Below are positions 1-11,202 of a stretch of DNA of 64,000 nucleotides, piece by piece. The stretch lies in the NCBI GenBank assembly GCA_041488375.1, contig JBGPPD010000001.1, forward strand, positions 16,667 to 80,666. The letters run 5' to 3'. The position numbers and the translations under genes were made by a program. The notes beneath the pieces were generated by a model. The model made no database searches. It saw only the letters and a program-made list of their open reading frames with translations, and was not told where the DNA came from. Positions within the stretch are counted from its first letter, which is position 1. The number at the start of each line of letters is the position of its first letter. This stretch comes from Gammaproteobacteria bacterium (GTDB lineage Bacteria > Pseudomonadota > Gammaproteobacteria > Burkholderiales > SG8-39).

Positions 1-998
1 CCAACGGCAAGACCACCGTCACCGCGCTCACCGGGCATCTGCTGCGCGCCGCGGGAATCGACTGCGAAGTGGCGGGCAACATCGGGCCCGCGGCCCTGGA
101 TGCGCTGATGCAGCGCGGCGCGCCGCCGGCGGCCTGGGTGCTGGAGCTCTCCAGCTACCAACTGGAGACGACCTGGTCGCTGGCGCCGGATGCGGCGACG
201 GTGCTCAACCTGAGCGAAGACCACCTTGACCGTTACGCGGGCCTCGCGGAGTACGCTGCAGCGAAGGCACGCATCTTTCAGGGCGAGGGCGTGCAGGTGC
301 TGAACCGCGACGACCCCGGCTCGATGGCGCTCGCGCTCCCGGGCAGGGAGCAGGTGACGTTCGGCCTGGGCGCGCCGGGCGCGCCCGGGCACTGGGGCGT
401 GGTGGACGGCGCAATCCACGAAGGCGCCCTGCCCGTGCTGCCGTTGGCCGAACTGCAGATCCACGGCGCGCACAATGCCGCCAATGCGCTCGCCGCCTGC
501 GCGCTGGCGCGCTCGCTCGGCGCCGCACGTGAGGCACTGGCGCAGGGCCTGCGCAGCTTCAAGGGCCTGCCGCACCGCCTGCAGCTCGTCGCCGAGCGCG
601 GCGGCGTGGCCTGGTACGACGACTCGAAAGGGACCAACGTCGGCGCTACGGTCGCCGCATTGCAGGGGCTCGGCCGCCCGGCGCTGCTGATCGCCGGGGG
701 CGAAGGCAAGGGGCAGGATTTCTCTCCGCTCGCGCCGGCCGTCGCCGCGCATGCGCGCCACGTCCTGTTGATCGGGCGCGATGCGCCGCAGATCGAGAGC
801 GCGCTCGCGGCGAGCGCGGTGCCGCTGGAGCGCTGCGCAACGCTGGAGCAGGCGGTGGCGCGCGCGGCACAGCTGGCGCGCACTGGCGACGCCGTGCTGC
901 TGTCGCCGGCCTGCGCCAGTTTCGACATGTTCCGCGACTATCGCCATCGCGGCGAGGCATTCGCCGCGGCGGTGCAGGCGCTGGGGAGCCGGGATTGA
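1..998 (+). CDS. murD: UDP-N-acetylmuramoylalanine--D-glutamate ligase MurD, 5'-truncated by window edge (frame starts at nt 3)
   Basis: Open frame from window edge: NGKTTVTAL (Mur ligase P-loop) through [23 protein letters not shown]-terminus; first gene of canonical dcw order. Confidence 0.93.
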   Translation, partial: NGKTTVTALTGHLLRAAGIDCEVAGNIGPAALDALMQRGAPPAAWVLELSSYQLETTWSLAPDAATVLNLSEDHLDRYAGLAEYAAAKARIFQGEGVQVLNRDDPGSMALALPGREQVTFGLGAPGAPGHWGVVDGAIHEGALPVLPLAELQIHGAHNAANALAACALARSLGAAREALAQGLRSFKGLPHRLQLVAERGGVAWYDDSKGTNVGATVAALQGLGRPALLIAGGEGKGQDFSPLAPAVAAHARHVLLIGRDAPQIESALAASAVPLERCATLEQAVARAAQLARTGDAVLLSPACASFDMFRDYRHRGEAFAAAVQALGSRD

Positions 999-2158
999 GC
1001 GCCACCTACGTTTTCGCCAAGGACGCTGCTGCTCCGGAGTACGACCGTTCGCTCGCCTGGGCGGCGCTGCTGCTGATGGCCATCGGCCTGGTGATGGTGT
1101 ATTCGGCGTCGATCGCGACGGCCGAGGCGAGCCGCTATTCGGGCAGCAACGCGGCCTATTACCTGCTGCGCCACACGGTGTTCCTCGGCGTGGCGCTCGC
1201 CGCCGCGACGGCGGTGTTCCTGGTGCCGGTGCGCTACTGGCAGAAGGTGGCGCCGTGGTTATTCGTCAGCGGCGTGGTGTTGCTGGTGCTGGTGCTGGTG
1301 CCCGGCCTCGGGCGCGAGGTGAACGGCGCGCGCCGCTGGCTCAGCCTGGGGGCGGCCACCATGCAGCCCTCCGAGCTGATGAAGCTCGCCGTCGTCCTGT
1401 ACGCCGCCGACTACACGGTGCGCAAGCACGCGGTGATGAAGAGTTTCCGGCGCGGGCTGCTGCCGATGCTGGCGGTGATGATGTTCGTTTCCTGGCTGCT
1501 GCTGCGCGAGCCGGATTTCGGCGCGCTGGTGGTGATCGCCGTCACCACCTTCGGCATCCTGTTCCTCGGCGGCATGAACGGGCGGCATTTCGCGGTGCTC
1601 GGGGTGATGCTGGCGCTCGGCTTTGCGCTGCTGGTACTGACCTCGGAATACCGCATGCAGCGCATCTTCGGCTTCATGGACCCGTGGACCGACCCGTTCG
1701 GCCGCGGCTACCAGCTATCGCACGCCCTGATCGCCTTCGGGCGCGGCGAATGGCTGGGCGTGGGCCTGGGCGCGAGCGTGGAGAAGCTGCAATACCTGCC
1801 CGAGGCGCACACGGACTTCCTGCTGGCGGTGATCGCCGAGGAACTCGGCCTCGCCGGCGTGGTGGCGGTGATCGCGCTGTTCACCTGGCTGGTGATGCGC
1901 GCCTTCGCCATCGGGCGCCAGGCGGCGCTCAGGGAACGGCATTTCGCGTCGCTGGCGGCGCAGGGCACGGGCGTCTGGATCGGCTTCCAGGCGCTGATCA
2001 ACATGGGCGTGAACATGGGGTTGCTGCCGACCAAGGGTCTGACGCTGCCGCTGATGAGCTTCGGCGGCTCCGGCCTGGTCGTGAATTGCGTCGCCGTGGC
2101 CATCCTGCTGCGCATCGACTGGGAAAACCGGCAGCTTGCCCGGGGGCTGCACGCTTGA
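995..2158 (+). CDS. ftsW: SEDS-family cell division glycosyltransferase FtsW
   Basis: TTG start overlapping murD stop (TTGA 995-998); 387 aa polytopic membrane protein; position between murD and murG. Confidence 0.9.
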   Translation: MSATYVFAKDAAAPEYDRSLAWAALLLMAIGLVMVYSASIATAEASRYSGSNAAYYLLRHTVFLGVALAAATAVFLVPVRYWQKVAPWLFVSGVVLLVLVLVPGLGREVNGARRWLSLGAATMQPSELMKLAVVLYAADYTVRKHAVMKSFRRGLLPMLAVMMFVSWLLLREPDFGALVVIAVTTFGILFLGGMNGRHFAVLGVMLALGFALLVLTSEYRMQRIFGFMDPWTDPFGRGYQLSHALIAFGRGEWLGVGLGASVEKLQYLPEAHTDFLLAVIAEELGLAGVVAVIALFTWLVMRAFAIGRQAALRERHFASLAAQGTGVWIGFQALINMGVNMGLLPTKGLTLPLMSFGGSGLVVNCVAVAILLRIDWENRQLARGLHA

Positions 2159-3207
2159 GGACCGCGCTGATCATGGCGGGCGGCACCGGCGGCCACGTGT
2201 TTCCCGGCCTGGCGGTGGCCGATGTGCTGCGCGAGCGCGGCTGGCGCGTGGTGTGGATGGGAACGCGCGCGGGCATGGAAGCTCGGCTGGTCGCCGCGCG
2301 CGGCTACGAACTGGCGGCGATCCGCGCCGCGGCGATGCGCGGCAAGGGCGTGCTCGCGGCACTGCTGCTGCCTTTCAATCTGCTGGTCGGATTCTGGCAG
2401 TCCGCGCGGGCGATCTTCCGGCTGCGCCCGGACGTGGTGCTCGGCATGGGTGGTTACGTGGCGTTTCCGGGCGGCATGATGGCTTCGTTGCTCGCGCGGC
2501 CGCTCGCGGTGCACGAGCAGAACGCCATCGCGGGGCTCACCAACCGCATCCTGGCCGGGATCGCCGACAAGACCATGAGCGCCTTCCCGCAGGCGTTGAA
2601 GGGCGCGGAGTGGACCGGCAACCCGGTGCGCGTCGAGATCGCCGCGCTCGCCGAACCCGCCGAGCGTTACGCGCGGCGCAGCGGCCCGCTGCAGCTCTTG
2701 GTGGTGGGTGGCTCGGGCGGCGCGCAGGCGCTCAACGAATGCGTGCCCAAGGCGATCGCGCTGCTCGAGCCGAGGCCCTCGGTGACGCATCAGTCGGGCG
2801 AAAAGAACTATGCGGCCCTGCGCGCGGCCTACGCGGCGGCCGGCGTGCAGGGGGAGCTGGCGCCTTTCATCGACGACATGGCGCGGCACTACGCCGAAGC
2901 CGACCTGGTGATCTGCCGCGCCGGCGCGATGACGGTCGCGGAACTCTCCGCGGGCGGCGTGGCGAGCGTGCTGGTGCCTTATCCCTACGCAGTCGACGAC
3001 CACCAGAGCGCCAACGCGCGCTTCCTCGCCGACCAGGGCGCCGCGATCCTGCTGCCGCAGCGCGAGCTGACGCCGGAGAGGCTGGCGGCGCTGCTGCGCA
3101 CGCTCGACCGGCCGCGCCTGCTCGAGATGGCGCGCAAGGCCCGCGGCCTGGGAAGACCGGACGCCGCGCGCATCGTCGCCGAGCGCTGCATGGAGCTGGC
3201 GCGATGA
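2155..3207 (+). CDS. murG: UDP-GlcNAc:lipid I N-acetylglucosaminyltransferase MurG
   Basis: TTG 2155 overlaps ftsW TGA (alternative ATG 2173); [17 protein letters not shown]-loop motif; the listed ORF 781..3207 is an upstream out-of-context extension. Confidence 0.92.
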   Translation: MRTALIMAGGTGGHVFPGLAVADVLRERGWRVVWMGTRAGMEARLVAARGYELAAIRAAAMRGKGVLAALLLPFNLLVGFWQSARAIFRLRPDVVLGMGGYVAFPGGMMASLLARPLAVHEQNAIAGLTNRILAGIADKTMSAFPQALKGAEWTGNPVRVEIAALAEPAERYARRSGPLQLLVVGGSGGAQALNECVPKAIALLEPRPSVTHQSGEKNYAALRAAYAAAGVQGELAPFIDDMARHYAEADLVICRAGAMTVAELSAGGVASVLVPYPYAVDDHQSANARFLADQGAAILLPQRELTPERLAALLRTLDRPRLLEMARKARGLGRPDAARIVAERCMELAR

Positions 3208-4580
3208 AGCACAAGGTCCGCCACATCCATTTTGTCGGCATCGGCGGCGCCGGCATGAGCGGCATCGCCGAGGTTCTCGCCAACCTCGGCTACCAGGTGA
3301 GCGGTTCGGACCTCGCAGAGAACGCGGCGACGCGGCGCCTGAAGGAACTCGGCGTGCGCGTGGCCCTGGCCCATGCCGCGCAGAACATCAATGGCGCCGA
3401 CGCGGTGGTGGTGTCGAGCGCGGTGCGCGGCGACAACCCCGAGGTGCAGGCAGCCCGCGCGCAACGCGTGCCGGTAGTGCCACGCGCGCTGATGCTCGCC
3501 GAGCTCATGCGCCTCAAGCAGGGCGTGGCGATCGCCGGCACCCACGGCAAGACCACCACCACCAGCCTGGTGGCGAGCGTGCTCGCCGAGGGCGGGCTCG
3601 ACCCGACCTTCGTCATCGGCGGGCGCCTGAACGCCGGTGGATCAAATGCGCGCCTGGGGCAGGGCGATTACATCGTGGTGGAGGCCGACGAGTCGGACGC
3701 TTCCTTCCTGCACCTGCAACCGGTGGTGGCGGTGGTGACCAACATCGACGCCGACCACATGGAGACCTACCAGCACGACTTCGCGCGCCTGAAGCAAGCC
3801 TTTGTCAGCTTCCTGCAGAACCTGCCCTTCTATGGCAGCGCCATCCTGTGCGCGGACGACGCCAATGTGCGCGAGATCCTGCCCTTCGTCTCCAAGCCGG
3901 TGTTGACCTACGGCTTCGCGGCCGACGCGATGGTGCGCGCCGAGAACGCGGTGCATGCCCGCGGCAAGATGCGCTTCAGGGCGCTGCGCGAGAAGCGCGC
4001 CGCGCTCGAGGTGACCCTCAACCTGCCCGGCGAGCACAACGTGCAGAACGCGCTCGCCGCCATCGCCGTGGCAACCGAGCTCGGCGTCGCCGACGCCGCG
4101 ATCCTCAAGGCGCTTGCCGAGTTCCGCGGCGTCGGCCGGCGCTTCCAGCGCTACGGCGACGTGCCTGTGGCCGGCGGCGGCAGCTTCACGCTGATCGACG
4201 ACTACGGCCACCACCCGGCGGAGATGGCGGCGACGCTCGCCGCCGTGCGCGGCGCGTTTCCCGGGCGGCGCGTCGTGCTCGCCTTCCAGCCGCACCGCTA
4301 TACGCGCACGCGCGACTTGTTCGAGGACTTCGTGCGCGTGCTCTCGACCGCGGACGCCGTGCTGCTGGCCGAGGTCTATCCGGCCGGCGAGCCGGCCATC
4401 GTCGCCGCCGACGGACGCGCCCTTGCGCGCGCCGTGCGGGTGGCGGGCAAGGTCGAACCGCTGTTTGTCGAAGACATCGGGCAGCTGGCCGCGGCGATCC
4501 GGCAGGTGGCGCGGGCCGGCGACGTGGTGCTGACCATGGGCGCGGGCTCGATCAGCGGCGTCGCCGCGCAACTGACATGA
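3204..4580 (+). CDS. murC: UDP-N-acetylmuramate--L-alanine ligase MurC
   Basis: ATGA overlap with murG stop; [25 protein letters not shown] and GTHGKTTTT motifs. Confidence 0.95.
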   Translation: MKHKVRHIHFVGIGGAGMSGIAEVLANLGYQVSGSDLAENAATRRLKELGVRVALAHAAQNINGADAVVVSSAVRGDNPEVQAARAQRVPVVPRALMLAELMRLKQGVAIAGTHGKTTTTSLVASVLAEGGLDPTFVIGGRLNAGGSNARLGQGDYIVVEADESDASFLHLQPVVAVVTNIDADHMETYQHDFARLKQAFVSFLQNLPFYGSAILCADDANVREILPFVSKPVLTYGFAADAMVRAENAVHARGKMRFRALREKRAALEVTLNLPGEHNVQNALAAIAVATELGVADAAILKALAEFRGVGRRFQRYGDVPVAGGGSFTLIDDYGHHPAEMAATLAAVRGAFPGRRVVLAFQPHRYTRTRDLFEDFVRVLSTADAVLLAEVYPAGEPAIVAADGRALARAVRVAGKVEPLFVEDIGQLAAAIRQVARAGDVVLTMGAGSISGVAAQLT

Positions 4581-5500
4581 ACATGGCAGACGCACTGCGA
4601 CTGCAAGGACTGCGTGGCGAAGTGAAGGCCCAGGAGCCGATGGCGCGCCATGTCAGCTGGCGGGCCGGCGGGCCGGCAGCGCGCTTCTTCGCGCCGGCGG
4701 ATCTCGACGACCTGGCCGTGTTCCTGCGCCAGTTGCCCGCGGCGGAGCCGCTGCTGTTCGTGGGCCTGGGCTCCAACCTGCTGGTGCGCGACGGCGGCTA
4801 TGCCGGCACGGTGGTGCTGACCCATGCAGCGGCAAGGCATCCGGAGCTGATCGTCGGCCGCGTGTACGCGGACGCCGGCGTGGCAAGCCCGAAAGTGGCG
4901 CGCTTCGCAGCGCGCCAGGGCCTTGCCGGTGCCGAGTTCCTCGCCGGCGTGCCGGGAACGGTCGGCGGCGCATTGGCGATGAACGCCGGCTGCTATGGCG
5001 GCGAGACCTGGGAGATCGTCGAGCGCGCGCTCACCATCGACCGGCGCGGCCGGCTGCGTACGCGCGGCAGGGAGGAATTCGAACTCGGCTACCGGCACTG
5101 CGCCTTGAAGGGAGGCGGCCGCATCGGCGAGGACGAATGGTTTGCCGGCGCCTGGTTCGAGCTCGCCAAGGGCGACGCGGCTGCATCGCTCGCGCACATC
5201 CGCGAGCTGCTCGTGAAGCGCATCGCCTCGCAGCCGCTTTCGCTGCCCAACGCCGGCAGCGTATTCCGCAATCCGCCGGGCGACCATGCGGCGCGCCTGA
5301 TCGAGTCTTGCGGGCTGAAGGGGCTGCAGCGAGGCGGCGCGCGCGTTTCCGAGAAGCACGCCAACTTCATCGTCAATCCGAAAGGCGCGGCGCGGGCAGC
5401 GGACATCGAGTGGCTGATCGAGGACGTGCGGGCCCGCGTGCTGGCACGGACTTCGGTCGCGCTGGTGCCCGAAGTGCGCATCGTCGGGGAGCGCGCATGA
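4577..5500 (+). CDS. murB: UDP-N-acetylenolpyruvoylglucosamine reductase MurB
   Basis: ATGA overlap with murC stop; FAD-binding N-domain and [11 protein letters not shown] motif. Confidence 0.93.
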   Translation: MNMADALRLQGLRGEVKAQEPMARHVSWRAGGPAARFFAPADLDDLAVFLRQLPAAEPLLFVGLGSNLLVRDGGYAGTVVLTHAAARHPELIVGRVYADAGVASPKVARFAARQGLAGAEFLAGVPGTVGGALAMNAGCYGGETWEIVERALTIDRRGRLRTRGREEFELGYRHCALKGGGRIGEDEWFAGAWFELAKGDAAASLAHIRELLVKRIASQPLSLPNAGSVFRNPPGDHAARLIESCGLKGLQRGGARVSEKHANFIVNPKGAARAADIEWLIEDVRARVLARTSVALVPEVRIVGERA

Positions 5501-6396
5501 AGGTCGCAGTGCTGATGGGCGGCAAGTCCGCCGAGCGCGAGGTGTCGCTGAAGAGCGGTGCGCTGGTGCTTGCCGCGCTGCGCGCGCGCGGCGTGGACGC
5601 GCATGCCTTCGATCCGGCGCAGCAGGGCATCGAGGCCCTCATCGCCGGGCGCTACGAGCGGGCGTTCATCGCTTTGCACGGGCGCTTCGGCGAGGACGGC
5701 ACGCTGCAAGGCGCACTGGAATGGATGGGCCTGCGCTACACGGGAAGCGGCGTGCTCGGCTCCGCGCTTGCCATGGACAAGCTGCGCGCCAAGCGCCTGT
5801 GGATGGCAGAGGATCTGCCGACCCCGCCCTTCGAGGTCCTCGATGCGAGTAGCGACTTCCGCGCGGTCGCGAATCGGCTGGGCCTGCCCCTGATGGTGAA
5901 GCCGGTCAATGAAGGCTCCTCCATCGGCATGAGCAAGGTGCGCGCCGCGGGAGACCTCGAGGAAGCCTACGCACTGGCGGTGAACTACGACCGCGCGGTG
6001 ATCGCGGAAAAATTCGTCGAGGGCAGCGAGCTCACCGCCGGCATTCTCGGCGACCAGGCGCTGCCTCTGATCAGGCTGGAGACGCCGCGCGATTTCTACG
6101 ACTACCAGGCCAAGTACGTCGCCGACGACACGCGCTACCTGATTCCCTGCGGCCTGCCCGCCGCCAGGGAGCGCGAGATCCAGCAGCTGTGCCTGCGGGC
6201 GTTCCGCGCGCTCGGCTGCAGCGGCTGGGGCCGCGTGGACCTGATGCTCGACCGCGCCGGCGAGCCCTGGCTGCTGGAAGTGAATACCGCGCCGGGCATG
6301 ACCGACCACTCGCTGGTGCCGATGGCGGCGCGCGCCGCGGGGCTCACTTACGAGGATCTGTGCCTGCGCATCCTGGAGGCCAGCCATGTGGGATAA
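5497..6396 (+). CDS. ddl: D-alanine--D-alanine ligase
   Basis: ATGA overlap with murB stop; [22 protein letters not shown]-terminus, ATP-grasp body. Confidence 0.94.
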   Translation: MKVAVLMGGKSAEREVSLKSGALVLAALRARGVDAHAFDPAQQGIEALIAGRYERAFIALHGRFGEDGTLQGALEWMGLRYTGSGVLGSALAMDKLRAKRLWMAEDLPTPPFEVLDASSDFRAVANRLGLPLMVKPVNEGSSIGMSKVRAAGDLEEAYALAVNYDRAVIAEKFVEGSELTAGILGDQALPLIRLETPRDFYDYQAKYVADDTRYLIPCGLPAAREREIQQLCLRAFRALGCSGWGRVDLMLDRAGEPWLLEVNTAPGMTDHSLVPMAARAAGLTYEDLCLRILEASHVG

Positions 6397-7105
6397 CCCG
6401 CGGCTGCTCAATGCGGCGGCCGGCGCGCTCACCGCGCTCGCCCTGCTGGTGTTCGCCGTTGCCGGCGTGCAGCTGCTGCTGCGCTCGCCGTCGTTCCCGC
6501 TGCGCGAGGTCGAGCTGCGCGGCAAGCTGGCGCACACCGCCGGCGGCGAAGTCGAGCTGGCGATGCGCGGGCGCATCGAGGGCAATTTCTTCGCGGTGGA
6601 CCTGGCGCAGCCGCGCGCAGCGCTCGAGCAGCTGCCTTGGGTCCGGCGCGCGCAGGTGCGCCGCGTATGGCCCGACCGCCTCGAAGTGACGATCGAAGAG
6701 CACGTCGCATTGGCGCGCTGGGGCGATGGCGGCCTGGTCAACGTGCAGGGCGAGCGCTTCGCCGGCAAGAGCGACGCGGCGCTGCCGCTGTTCGCCGGTC
6801 CCGCCGGCAGCGAAGGCGAGGTCACGCGGCGCTACCAGCGCTTCGCCGAGCTGCTCGCGCCCCTCGCTGCGCCGCTCGAGTCGCTGAACCTGTCGCCGCG
6901 CCAAGCCTGGCGGGCGCGCCTGCGCGGCGGGTTGACGCTCGAACTGGGCCGCGATACGCCCAACGATCCCGTCGAACTGCGGCTGGAGCGCTTTGTCGCG
7001 GTATTCCCGCAGACGCTCGCCAGGATGCAGCGGCAGCACGAGTACGTGGACCTGCGCTACCCCAACGGTTTCGCCTTGCGCGTGCCGGACCTGAAGGGCG
7101 GTTGA
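6386..7105 (+). CDS. ftsQ: cell division protein FtsQ
   Basis: N-terminal TM anchor then POTRA-like region ([23 protein letters not shown]); 11-nt overlap with ddl; dcw position. Confidence 0.86.
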   Translation: MWDNPRLLNAAAGALTALALLVFAVAGVQLLLRSPSFPLREVELRGKLAHTAGGEVELAMRGRIEGNFFAVDLAQPRAALEQLPWVRRAQVRRVWPDRLEVTIEEHVALARWGDGGLVNVQGERFAGKSDAALPLFAGPAGSEGEVTRRYQRFAELLAPLAAPLESLNLSPRQAWRARLRGGLTLELGRDTPNDPVELRLERFVAVFPQTLARMQRQHEYVDLRYPNGFALRVPDLKGG

Positions 7106-7108
7106 AGC

Positions 7109-8338
7109 ATGGCCAGAGAAACCAAGAATCTCGTCGTCGCGCTCGACATCGGCACCTCCAAGGTGGCGGCTCTGGTGGCGGAGCTGCGCGCCGACGGCTC
7201 CCTGGAGATTCTCGGCATGGGCGGCCATGAATCCAAGGGTCTGAAGAAGGGCGTGGTGGTGAATATCGAGTCCACCGTCAACGCCGTGCAGCGCGCCCTG
7301 GAGGAAGCCGAACTGATGGCCGACTGCAAGATCGCCTCGGCATTCACCGGCATCGCCGGCAGCCACATCAAGAGCTTCAACTCCACCGGCATGGTGGCGA
7401 TCAAGGACCGCGAAGTGAGCGCGCTCGACGTCGAGCGCGCCATCGATACCGCCAAGGCGGTGAATATTCCCACCGACCAGCAGATCCTGCACGTGCTGCG
7501 GCAGGAATTCATCATCGACGGCCAGGAAGACGTGCGCGAGCCGATCGGCATGTCCGGCGTGCGCCTGGAGGTCAAGGTGCACATCGTCACCGGCGCGGTG
7601 TCGGCGGCGCAGAACATCGTCAAGTGCGTGCGCCGCTGCGGGCTGGAGGTGAACGACCTGATCCTGCAGCCGCTCGCTTCCTCGCGAGCCGTGCTGTCCG
7701 AGGACGAGAAGGACCTCGGCGTGTGCCTGGTGGACATCGGCGGCGGCACCAGCGACATCGCGGTGTTCACGCATGGCGCGATCCGCCACACCGCGGTGAT
7801 CCCGATCGCCGGCGACCAGATCACCAACGACATCGCCATGGCGCTGCGCACGCCGACCGCGGAGGCGGAGCTGATCAAGGTGCGCAAGGGCGTGGCGCTG
7901 CGCCAGCTCGCCGACCCGAACGAGATGATCGAAGTGCCGGGCATCGGCGACCGCGGGCCGCGCGTGATGTCGCGCCAGACGCTGGCCGAGGTGATCGAGC
8001 CGCGCGTCGAAGAGCTGTTTTCGTTAGTGCAGCAGGTGCTGCGCGAATCCGGCTTCGAGGAACTGCTGTCCTCCGGCGTGGTGCTCACCGGCGGCAGCGC
8101 GGTGATGCAGGGCATGGTCGAGCTCGGCGAGGAGATCTTTCACATGCCGGTGCGCGTCGGCATCCCGCGCTACGCCGGCGGACTCGCCGACGTAGTGCGC
8201 AATCCGCGCTACGCCACCGCGGTGGGGCTGCTGCTGGAGGGCGTGCAACAGGTCAGGCAGGGCCAGCTCTCACGGCAGGACGGATCGGTGCGTGCGGTGC
8301 TCTCCCGCATGCGCGAGTGGTTCCAGAGGAATTTTTGA
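7109..8338 (+). CDS. ftsA: cell division protein FtsA
   Basis: Actin-fold ALDIGTSKV, VDIGGGTSDIAVF motifs; 409 aa. Confidence 0.96.
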   Translation: MARETKNLVVALDIGTSKVAALVAELRADGSLEILGMGGHESKGLKKGVVVNIESTVNAVQRALEEAELMADCKIASAFTGIAGSHIKSFNSTGMVAIKDREVSALDVERAIDTAKAVNIPTDQQILHVLRQEFIIDGQEDVREPIGMSGVRLEVKVHIVTGAVSAAQNIVKCVRRCGLEVNDLILQPLASSRAVLSEDEKDLGVCLVDIGGGTSDIAVFTHGAIRHTAVIPIAGDQITNDIAMALRTPTAEAELIKVRKGVALRQLADPNEMIEVPGIGDRGPRVMSRQTLAEVIEPRVEELFSLVQQVLRESGFEELLSSGVVLTGGSAVMQGMVELGEEIFHMPVRVGIPRYAGGLADVVRNPRYATAVGLLLEGVQQVRQGQLSRQDGSVRAVLSRMREWFQRNF

Positions 8339-8367
8339 CGTCGTTCTCACTGGCAAGGAGGAAACAC

Positions 8368-9534
8368 ATGTTCGAGATCGTAGACAGTCAGGCAGCAGGG
8401 CCGGTCATCAAGGTGATCGGGGTCGGTGGCGCCGGCGGCAACGCCGTGAACCACATGATCGACCAGGGCGTCGAGGGCGTGGAGTTCATCGCCGTCAACA
8501 CCGACGCGCAGGTGCTGGGGCGCAACAAGTCGCGCAACCAGATCCAGCTCGGCTCGAGCGGCCTCGGCGCGGGGGCCAAGCCCGAGGAGGCGCGCGCGGT
8601 GGCGATTGCCGACCGCGACCGCATCGAGGAGGCGATCGCCGGCGCGCACATGGTGTTCATCACCGCCGGCATGGGCGGAGGCACCGGCACCGGCGCCGGG
8701 CCGGTGATCGCGGAGGTCGCGCGCACGCTGGGCATCCTCACCGTGGCAGTGGTGACCAAGCCGTTCTCCTTCGAGGGGTCCAAGCGCATGAAGATCGCCG
8801 AACAGGGCCTGCAGGAGCTGGCGCCCCATGTGGACTCATTGATCGTGATCCTGAACGACAAACTGGAGGAAGTGCTGGGGGAGGACGTGACGCAGGAAGA
8901 GGCGTTCAAGGCTGCCGACGACGTGCTGAACAGCGCGGTCGCCGGCATCGCCGAGATCATCAACCAGCCCGGGCTGGTGAACGTCGACTTCCAGGACGTG
9001 CGCACGGTGATGTCGGAGCAGGGCATGGCGATGATGGGTTCGGCGGCGGCGAGCGGGATCGACCGCGCGCGCATCGCTGCCGAACAGGCGATCGCCTGCC
9101 CGCTGCTGGAGGGCGTGAACTTGGCCGGCGCGCGCGGCGTGCTGGTCAACATCAGCGCCTCGCGCGCCAGCCTCAAGCTGCGCGAAACCAAGGAAGTGAT
9201 GAACACCGTGCGCGCCTTCGCGGCGGAGGATGCGACCATCATCTATGGCGGCGTCTACGACGACGCGCTGGATGACGAGTTGCGCGTGACGGTGGTGGCC
9301 ACCGGTCTGGGTGCGCCGGTCGCGGCGCGGCAGCCCAAGCCGCAGCTGGTGGTGTCGCAGAAGACCGGCACCGACAACCAGCCGCTGGTGGCGGCCGGTG
9401 CGGTGGATTACAACCAGCTCGAGTCGGTGCCGGCCGTGATCCGGCGCAACCGCGCCTCGACCGTCGAGGCCCTGCAGCAAAGCGGAGTCGACAAGTACGA
9501 CATCCCCGCGTTTCTGCGCAAACAGGCCGACTGA
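8368..9534 (+). CDS. ftsZ: cell division GTPase FtsZ
   Basis: ATG 8368 preceded by AAGGAGGA; GVGGAGGNAVNHM and GMGGGTGTGA tubulin signature; C-terminal DIPAFLRKQAD peptide. Confidence 0.97.
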   Translation: MFEIVDSQAAGPVIKVIGVGGAGGNAVNHMIDQGVEGVEFIAVNTDAQVLGRNKSRNQIQLGSSGLGAGAKPEEARAVAIADRDRIEEAIAGAHMVFITAGMGGGTGTGAGPVIAEVARTLGILTVAVVTKPFSFEGSKRMKIAEQGLQELAPHVDSLIVILNDKLEEVLGEDVTQEEAFKAADDVLNSAVAGIAEIINQPGLVNVDFQDVRTVMSEQGMAMMGSAAASGIDRARIAAEQAIACPLLEGVNLAGARGVLVNISASRASLKLRETKEVMNTVRAFAAEDATIIYGGVYDDALDDELRVTVVATGLGAPVAARQPKPQLVVSQKTGTDNQPLVAAGAVDYNQLESVPAVIRRNRASTVEALQQSGVDKYDIPAFLRKQAD

Positions 9535-9553
9535 CCCCGTCCGGCGGACGCGC

Positions 9554-9593
9554 GGCGCAGCGCTTCCCACCTCCTTGCCGGAGGCGCTGCGCC
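9554..9593 (+). terminator. bulged GC-rich hairpin downstream of ftsZ (terminator/attenuator-like, no clean T-run)
   Basis: GGCGCAGCGC (9554-9563) pairs with GCGCTGCGCC (9584-9593); inner CCTCC/GGAGG extension with TTGC loop. Confidence 0.4.
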
Positions 9594-9602
9594 GTTCCCG
9601 TC

Positions 9603-9611
9603 TGCTAGAAT
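9603..9611 (+). promoter_or_regulatory. possible extended -10 promoter element for lpxC
   Basis: TGcTAGAAT at 9603-9611, about 26 nt upstream of lpxC ATG; no good -35. Confidence 0.3.
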
Positions 9612-9636
9612 CCGGCTTTGGCTCAAGAAGTTACGC

Positions 9637-10557
9637 ATGCTTCGGCAACGCACCCTGAAGTCCCTGATCCGCGCCCGCGGCGTCGGCCTGCACACCGGCC
9701 AGCAGGTGAATATCGCGTTGCGGCCGGCGCAGCCGGACACCGGCGTCGTCTTTCGACGCGTCGACCTTTCGCCGCCGGTGGACGTGCCCGCACGCGCCGA
9801 CCTGGTGGGCGAGACGCGTTTGTCCTCCTGCCTGGTGCACCAGGGCGTGAAGATCTATACGGTTGAACACCTGATGTCCGCGCTTGCCGGCCTGGGCGTG
9901 GACAACGCCTACATCGATATTGACGGCCCCGAAGTGCCGATCATGGACGGCAGTGCGGCGCCGTTTGCGCTTCTCGTGCAGCAGGCGGGCCTTGAGGAGC
10001 AGCAGGCGCCCAAGCGCTTCCTGCGCGTGACCCGGGCCGTAGAAGTGCAGGAAGGCGACAAGTGGGCGCGCCTCGAGCCTTACGAAGGGCTGCGCCTTTC
10101 CTTCTCGATCGTGTTCAATCACCCGGTGATCGAGAAGACCAGCCAGTCCGTCAACGTGGACTTTGCCGAGACCTCCTACCTCAAGGAGATCGCGCGCGCG
10201 CGCACCTTCGGCTTCATGCACGACGTCGAGCGTTTGCGCGAAGACGGCCTGGCGCTAGGCGGCGGTCTGGACAACGCGCTGGTGCTGGACGAATACCGGC
10301 TGCTCAACACCGAAGGCCTGCGGTTCGCCGACGAATTCATCCGCCACAAGGTGCTCGACGCGATCGGCGACCTGTACCTGCTCGGCCGACCGCTGCTGGG
10401 CGCTTTTTCGGCGCACAAGTCGGGCCATGCGCTGAACAACAAGCTGCTGCGGGCGCTGGTGGCCGACGCGGCCGCTTGGGAGATGGCCAGCTTCGAGCGC
10501 GCCGAGGAGGCGCCAGCCGGCGTCGCTGGCCTGGGCTTGACGCGACAGACCGCCTAG
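9637..10557 (+). CDS. lpxC: UDP-3-O-acyl-GlcNAc deacetylase LpxC
   Basis: [22 protein letters not shown]-terminus, [10 protein letters not shown] motif; follows ftsZ as in proteobacteria. Confidence 0.96.
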   Translation: MLRQRTLKSLIRARGVGLHTGQQVNIALRPAQPDTGVVFRRVDLSPPVDVPARADLVGETRLSSCLVHQGVKIYTVEHLMSALAGLGVDNAYIDIDGPEVPIMDGSAAPFALLVQQAGLEEQQAPKRFLRVTRAVEVQEGDKWARLEPYEGLRLSFSIVFNHPVIEKTSQSVNVDFAETSYLKEIARARTFGFMHDVERLREDGLALGGGLDNALVLDEYRLLNTEGLRFADEFIRHKVLDAIGDLYLLGRPLLGAFSAHKSGHALNNKLLRALVADAAAWEMASFERAEEAPAGVAGLGLTRQTA

Positions 10558-10743
10558 GTGCTGCTGCTCCGGGTCCTGGGGCTGCTGGTAGCGGTGACGC
10601 TCGGCGCCTGCGTCCTGATGTACATGCTGACCAGCGAGCGCAAATACCTGGACTACGCCTGGCGCACCTTCAAGTACGCCCTTTTCCTCGTCGTCCTGGT
10701 GCTGCTGCTGTTATTCGGGGAGCGGTTGCTGGTGGCAATTTAG
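10558..10743 (+). CDS. small two-TM membrane protein (61 aa), function unknown
   Basis: GTG start immediately after lpxC TAG; two hydrophobic helices flanking SERKYLDYAWRTFKY; genome-typical GC3 codons. Confidence 0.55.
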   Translation: MLLLRVLGLLVAVTLGACVLMYMLTSERKYLDYAWRTFKYALFLVVLVLLLLFGERLLVAI

Positions 10744-11176
10744 GCCCGCATCGGGCCAGCATCCTGCCCAAGGTCGCACGCACCGGCGATTGCTGCGGCA
10801 AACGGGCGTAAAGCCCTGATAATTCAGCGATTCCATTGGTCGTCAAGACTGCAGTTTTGTCCGGGCCTGAGGGCGCAGCCTGTGTACTACTTGGTTGCAC
10901 CCTCACGGAAACTAAACTAACCTTCGAACCCTGACGTAACAAGAACTTACGGAGGCTGTCGGCGGTCATTTTGAGCTTCGCCGCAGCTGAAGGATTGCTG
11001 GCGAGCAACACGAGTTCGCCGTCGTCCCTGAGGTTGGCCGCCCGCACCTGGCGAGCCAGCGCAGGCGGGAGGAAGTCAGCGCAGAGCTTGGCGAGTGCAT
11101 CGATTTGGCGCGCCTTGGCGACGATGGGCCGGAGGGCGTCGTCGGCAAGGTACCTGTCGATTTTCGGCGTGTGCAC
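10670..11176 (-). CDS. DUF721 / DciA-like protein
   Basis: Pattern ...ANLRDDGELVLLASNPSAAAKLKM...VSVRVQP typical of DUF721; conserved position between lpxC and secA; last ~25 codons overlap the convergent small ORF and may be read-through tail. Confidence 0.72.
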   Translation of the reverse strand: MHTPKIDRYLADDALRPIVAKARQIDALAKLCADFLPPALARQVRAANLRDDGELVLLASNPSAAAKLKMTADSLRKFLLRQGSKVSLVSVRVQPSSTQAAPSGPDKTAVLTTNGIAELSGLYARLPQQSPVRATLGRMLARCGPKLPPATAPRITAAAPGRRGKGRT

Positions 11177-11202
11177 GAGGGCTGGACCAAAGGGAGTATC
11201 AG

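Noticed and set aside
781-2154. Long N-terminal extensions in the track, for example 781..3207, 2136..4580, 3848..5500, 5137..6396 and 7624..9534
   Set aside because: The extensions are out-of-frame read-through across the preceding gene. Each true gene begins where the family-typical N-terminus appears, usually at a 4-nt overlap with the upstream stop.
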